This document shows, piece after piece, positions 62,161 through 64,000 of a stretch of 64,000 nucleotides of DNA. The DNA comes from Octopus vulgaris (Eukaryota), in assembly GCA_951406725.2 (NCBI GenBank), contig OX597830.1, positions 63,426,001 to 63,490,000 on the forward strand, given 5' to 3'. The first letter of the stretch is position 1. Every line of letters starts with the position of its first letter. The position numbers and the translations under genes were made by a program. The notes beneath the pieces are model-generated. The model ran no database searches, was not told where the DNA came from, and worked only from the letters and a program-made list of their open reading frames with translations.

Positions 62161-64000
62161 AAGAGCTGTTGTTGATGATGATTGTGATGGTAGTGATGGT
62201 AACAATGATAATGGCAATGGTGACAATGATGATGATGATGGTGCTGATGGTGGTGGTGTTAATGATAGTGATTGTGTTAACTAGGCCTATGAGAATGTGG
62301 TGTGATTTGAGGGAGATTTGACTGCTCTTTCTAATATGGTCAGAGCAAATATACTTTTGACCATAAATCTTTTGTAATCATGGATGACATAGGGCTAAGC
62401 CACCACCACTACCACAACAACAATAACAATAATTTCTTACAGGCTTTACTTGGTGATTAAGAAGTTCACTTCCCAGCCATGTGGTTTCAGGTTCAGTCCC
62501 ACTGCATGGCATCATGGGCAAGTATTTTCTACTCTAGCTCCAGAGTAACCAAAACCTTGTGAATGGATTTAGCTGATGGATACTGAAAGAAGCTCACAAT
62601 ATGTACACACACACACACACATGCGCACACACCTTTTATCTTTTACTTGTTTCAGTTAGTAGAATGTGACCACGCTGGGGCACTGCCTTGAAGAATTTTT
62701 AGTCGTTTTAGCCTGGTAGTTATTCTGTTGACCTCTCTTGTCAAGTGGTGCTGGGTATCAAACAGACACAAAGGCGCACTCACTCATATATAAGTAGTTA
62801 CTATGTATTGACTAAAGAAAATAGTCTAATATTGGAGCAGCTGAGCCTTTGACAGAAAAAAGTGGGTTTTCCGTATCTGTTAAGGACTAAAGGCGGTGCT
62901 CCAGCATGGCCACAGTCAAATGACTAAAACAAGTAAAAGAATGAAAGAATAAATGAATATATATATATATATATATCATGTGATCATGTGACTGACCAGG
63001 CTATCAGATGTTGCTACATATCACTGGTCACAATGCGCTTCGCATTGTTTTAGCCTTCAAATGATGCCACCCCACTGGCTAAGTGAGCAGGCCAACAGAA
63101 GAAAGAGTGAGAGAAAGTTGTAGCGAAAGAGTACAGCAGGGATTGCCACCATCCCCTGCTGGAGCCTCGTGGAGCTTTAGGTGTTTTTGCTCAATAAACA
63201 CAACCGATGCTGGTGTGTTTATAACCCCATAACTTAGCAGTTCGGCAAAAGGGACTGATAGAATAAGTACTAGGCTTACAAAGAATAAGTTCTGGGGTTG
63301 ATTTGCTCGACTAAAAGGCGGTGCTCCAGCATGGCCGCAGTCAAATGACTGAAACAAGTAAAGAGAGTTATTATTAAGCTAATGCTTGGAACATAAATTA
63401 ACAAGAATTTTGATGGAAGGTTTTAATTCAGATCACTTTGGTCCTTTTGTTACCATATTTCTCTTGAAATACACAGACTGTGTTTCAATTAATTTTGAAA
63501 AAATTGAAGTATTTAGTAAAATAATCTTGTCATGATTGGACAGATTTTTTAAGAACATAAACACGAAATTTTGATGGAAGCTTTTAATCTAAATCACTTT
63601 CATCCTATTGTTACCGTATTTCTATTGAACTAAACTACTTTTGTTTCAATTAATTTTGAAAATAATAAAGAATTTAATTTAAAAAATCATAAATTAGCTG
63701 GCATTTGGAACATAAATTAACCTGAAATTTTGATAGAAGTTTTTAATTTAGATAGCTTTAAAACAAAGAATTTGTATCAGAGAACCAAATGTGGTCTCAG
63801 GTAGGTTGATATCAAAAGAGTTAAAAGACACCATTGTGGTAAACCAACACGGAACCAAGCTCCAATTATTAATTCCACAGGATGCTTTTTCAAAACCTGG
63901 AGAAACGCATGAACATCCATACCTTACCAAATTTGCGTCTGATTCATAAAACTGAAATTGGAGTTTTATAGCCTCATTAATGACCTTCTTCATAATGAAC

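Noticed and set aside
63748-64000. Minus-strand ORF or exon MKKVINEAIKLQFQFYESDANL with a GTAAGG donor
   Set aside because: It lies at the window edge, runs into a MITE and has no recognisable homology. It could be a transposase remnant.

Overview
AT-rich, repeat-saturated eukaryotic non-coding DNA. The SINE/LINE and microsatellite make-up suggests an animal, probably an octopus or other cephalopod (inference). I find no convincing intact protein-coding gene. Almost all ORFs in the track are microsatellite or repeat translations. The window is a nested mosaic of tRNA-derived SINEs, 5'-truncated RTE LINE tails, decayed RTE and R4/Dong LINE coding fragments, Tc1/mariner remnants, TTAA-flanked piggyBac-type MITEs, non-autonomous Helitrons and a Helentron-type element. 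Main observations: (1) a full-length, structurally intact 7SL (SRP) RNA sequence at 28505-28802 (-) fused at its 3' end to the RTE LINE tail. It is preceded by four repeated palindromic motifs and sits in a ~680 bp insert that splits a SINE, so it is a candidate 7SL retro-chimera or 7SL-derived SINE. (2) Several Penelope-type minimal hammerhead ribozyme motifs, one of them inside a tRNA-headed element. (3) A 28-bp minisatellite with higher-order periodicity that arose inside a mariner transposase ORF. (4) Two local templated insertions copied from 5.6 and 9.1 kb away. One candidate host exon lies at 40453-40595 (-). Family names come from recalled motifs, not database searches.
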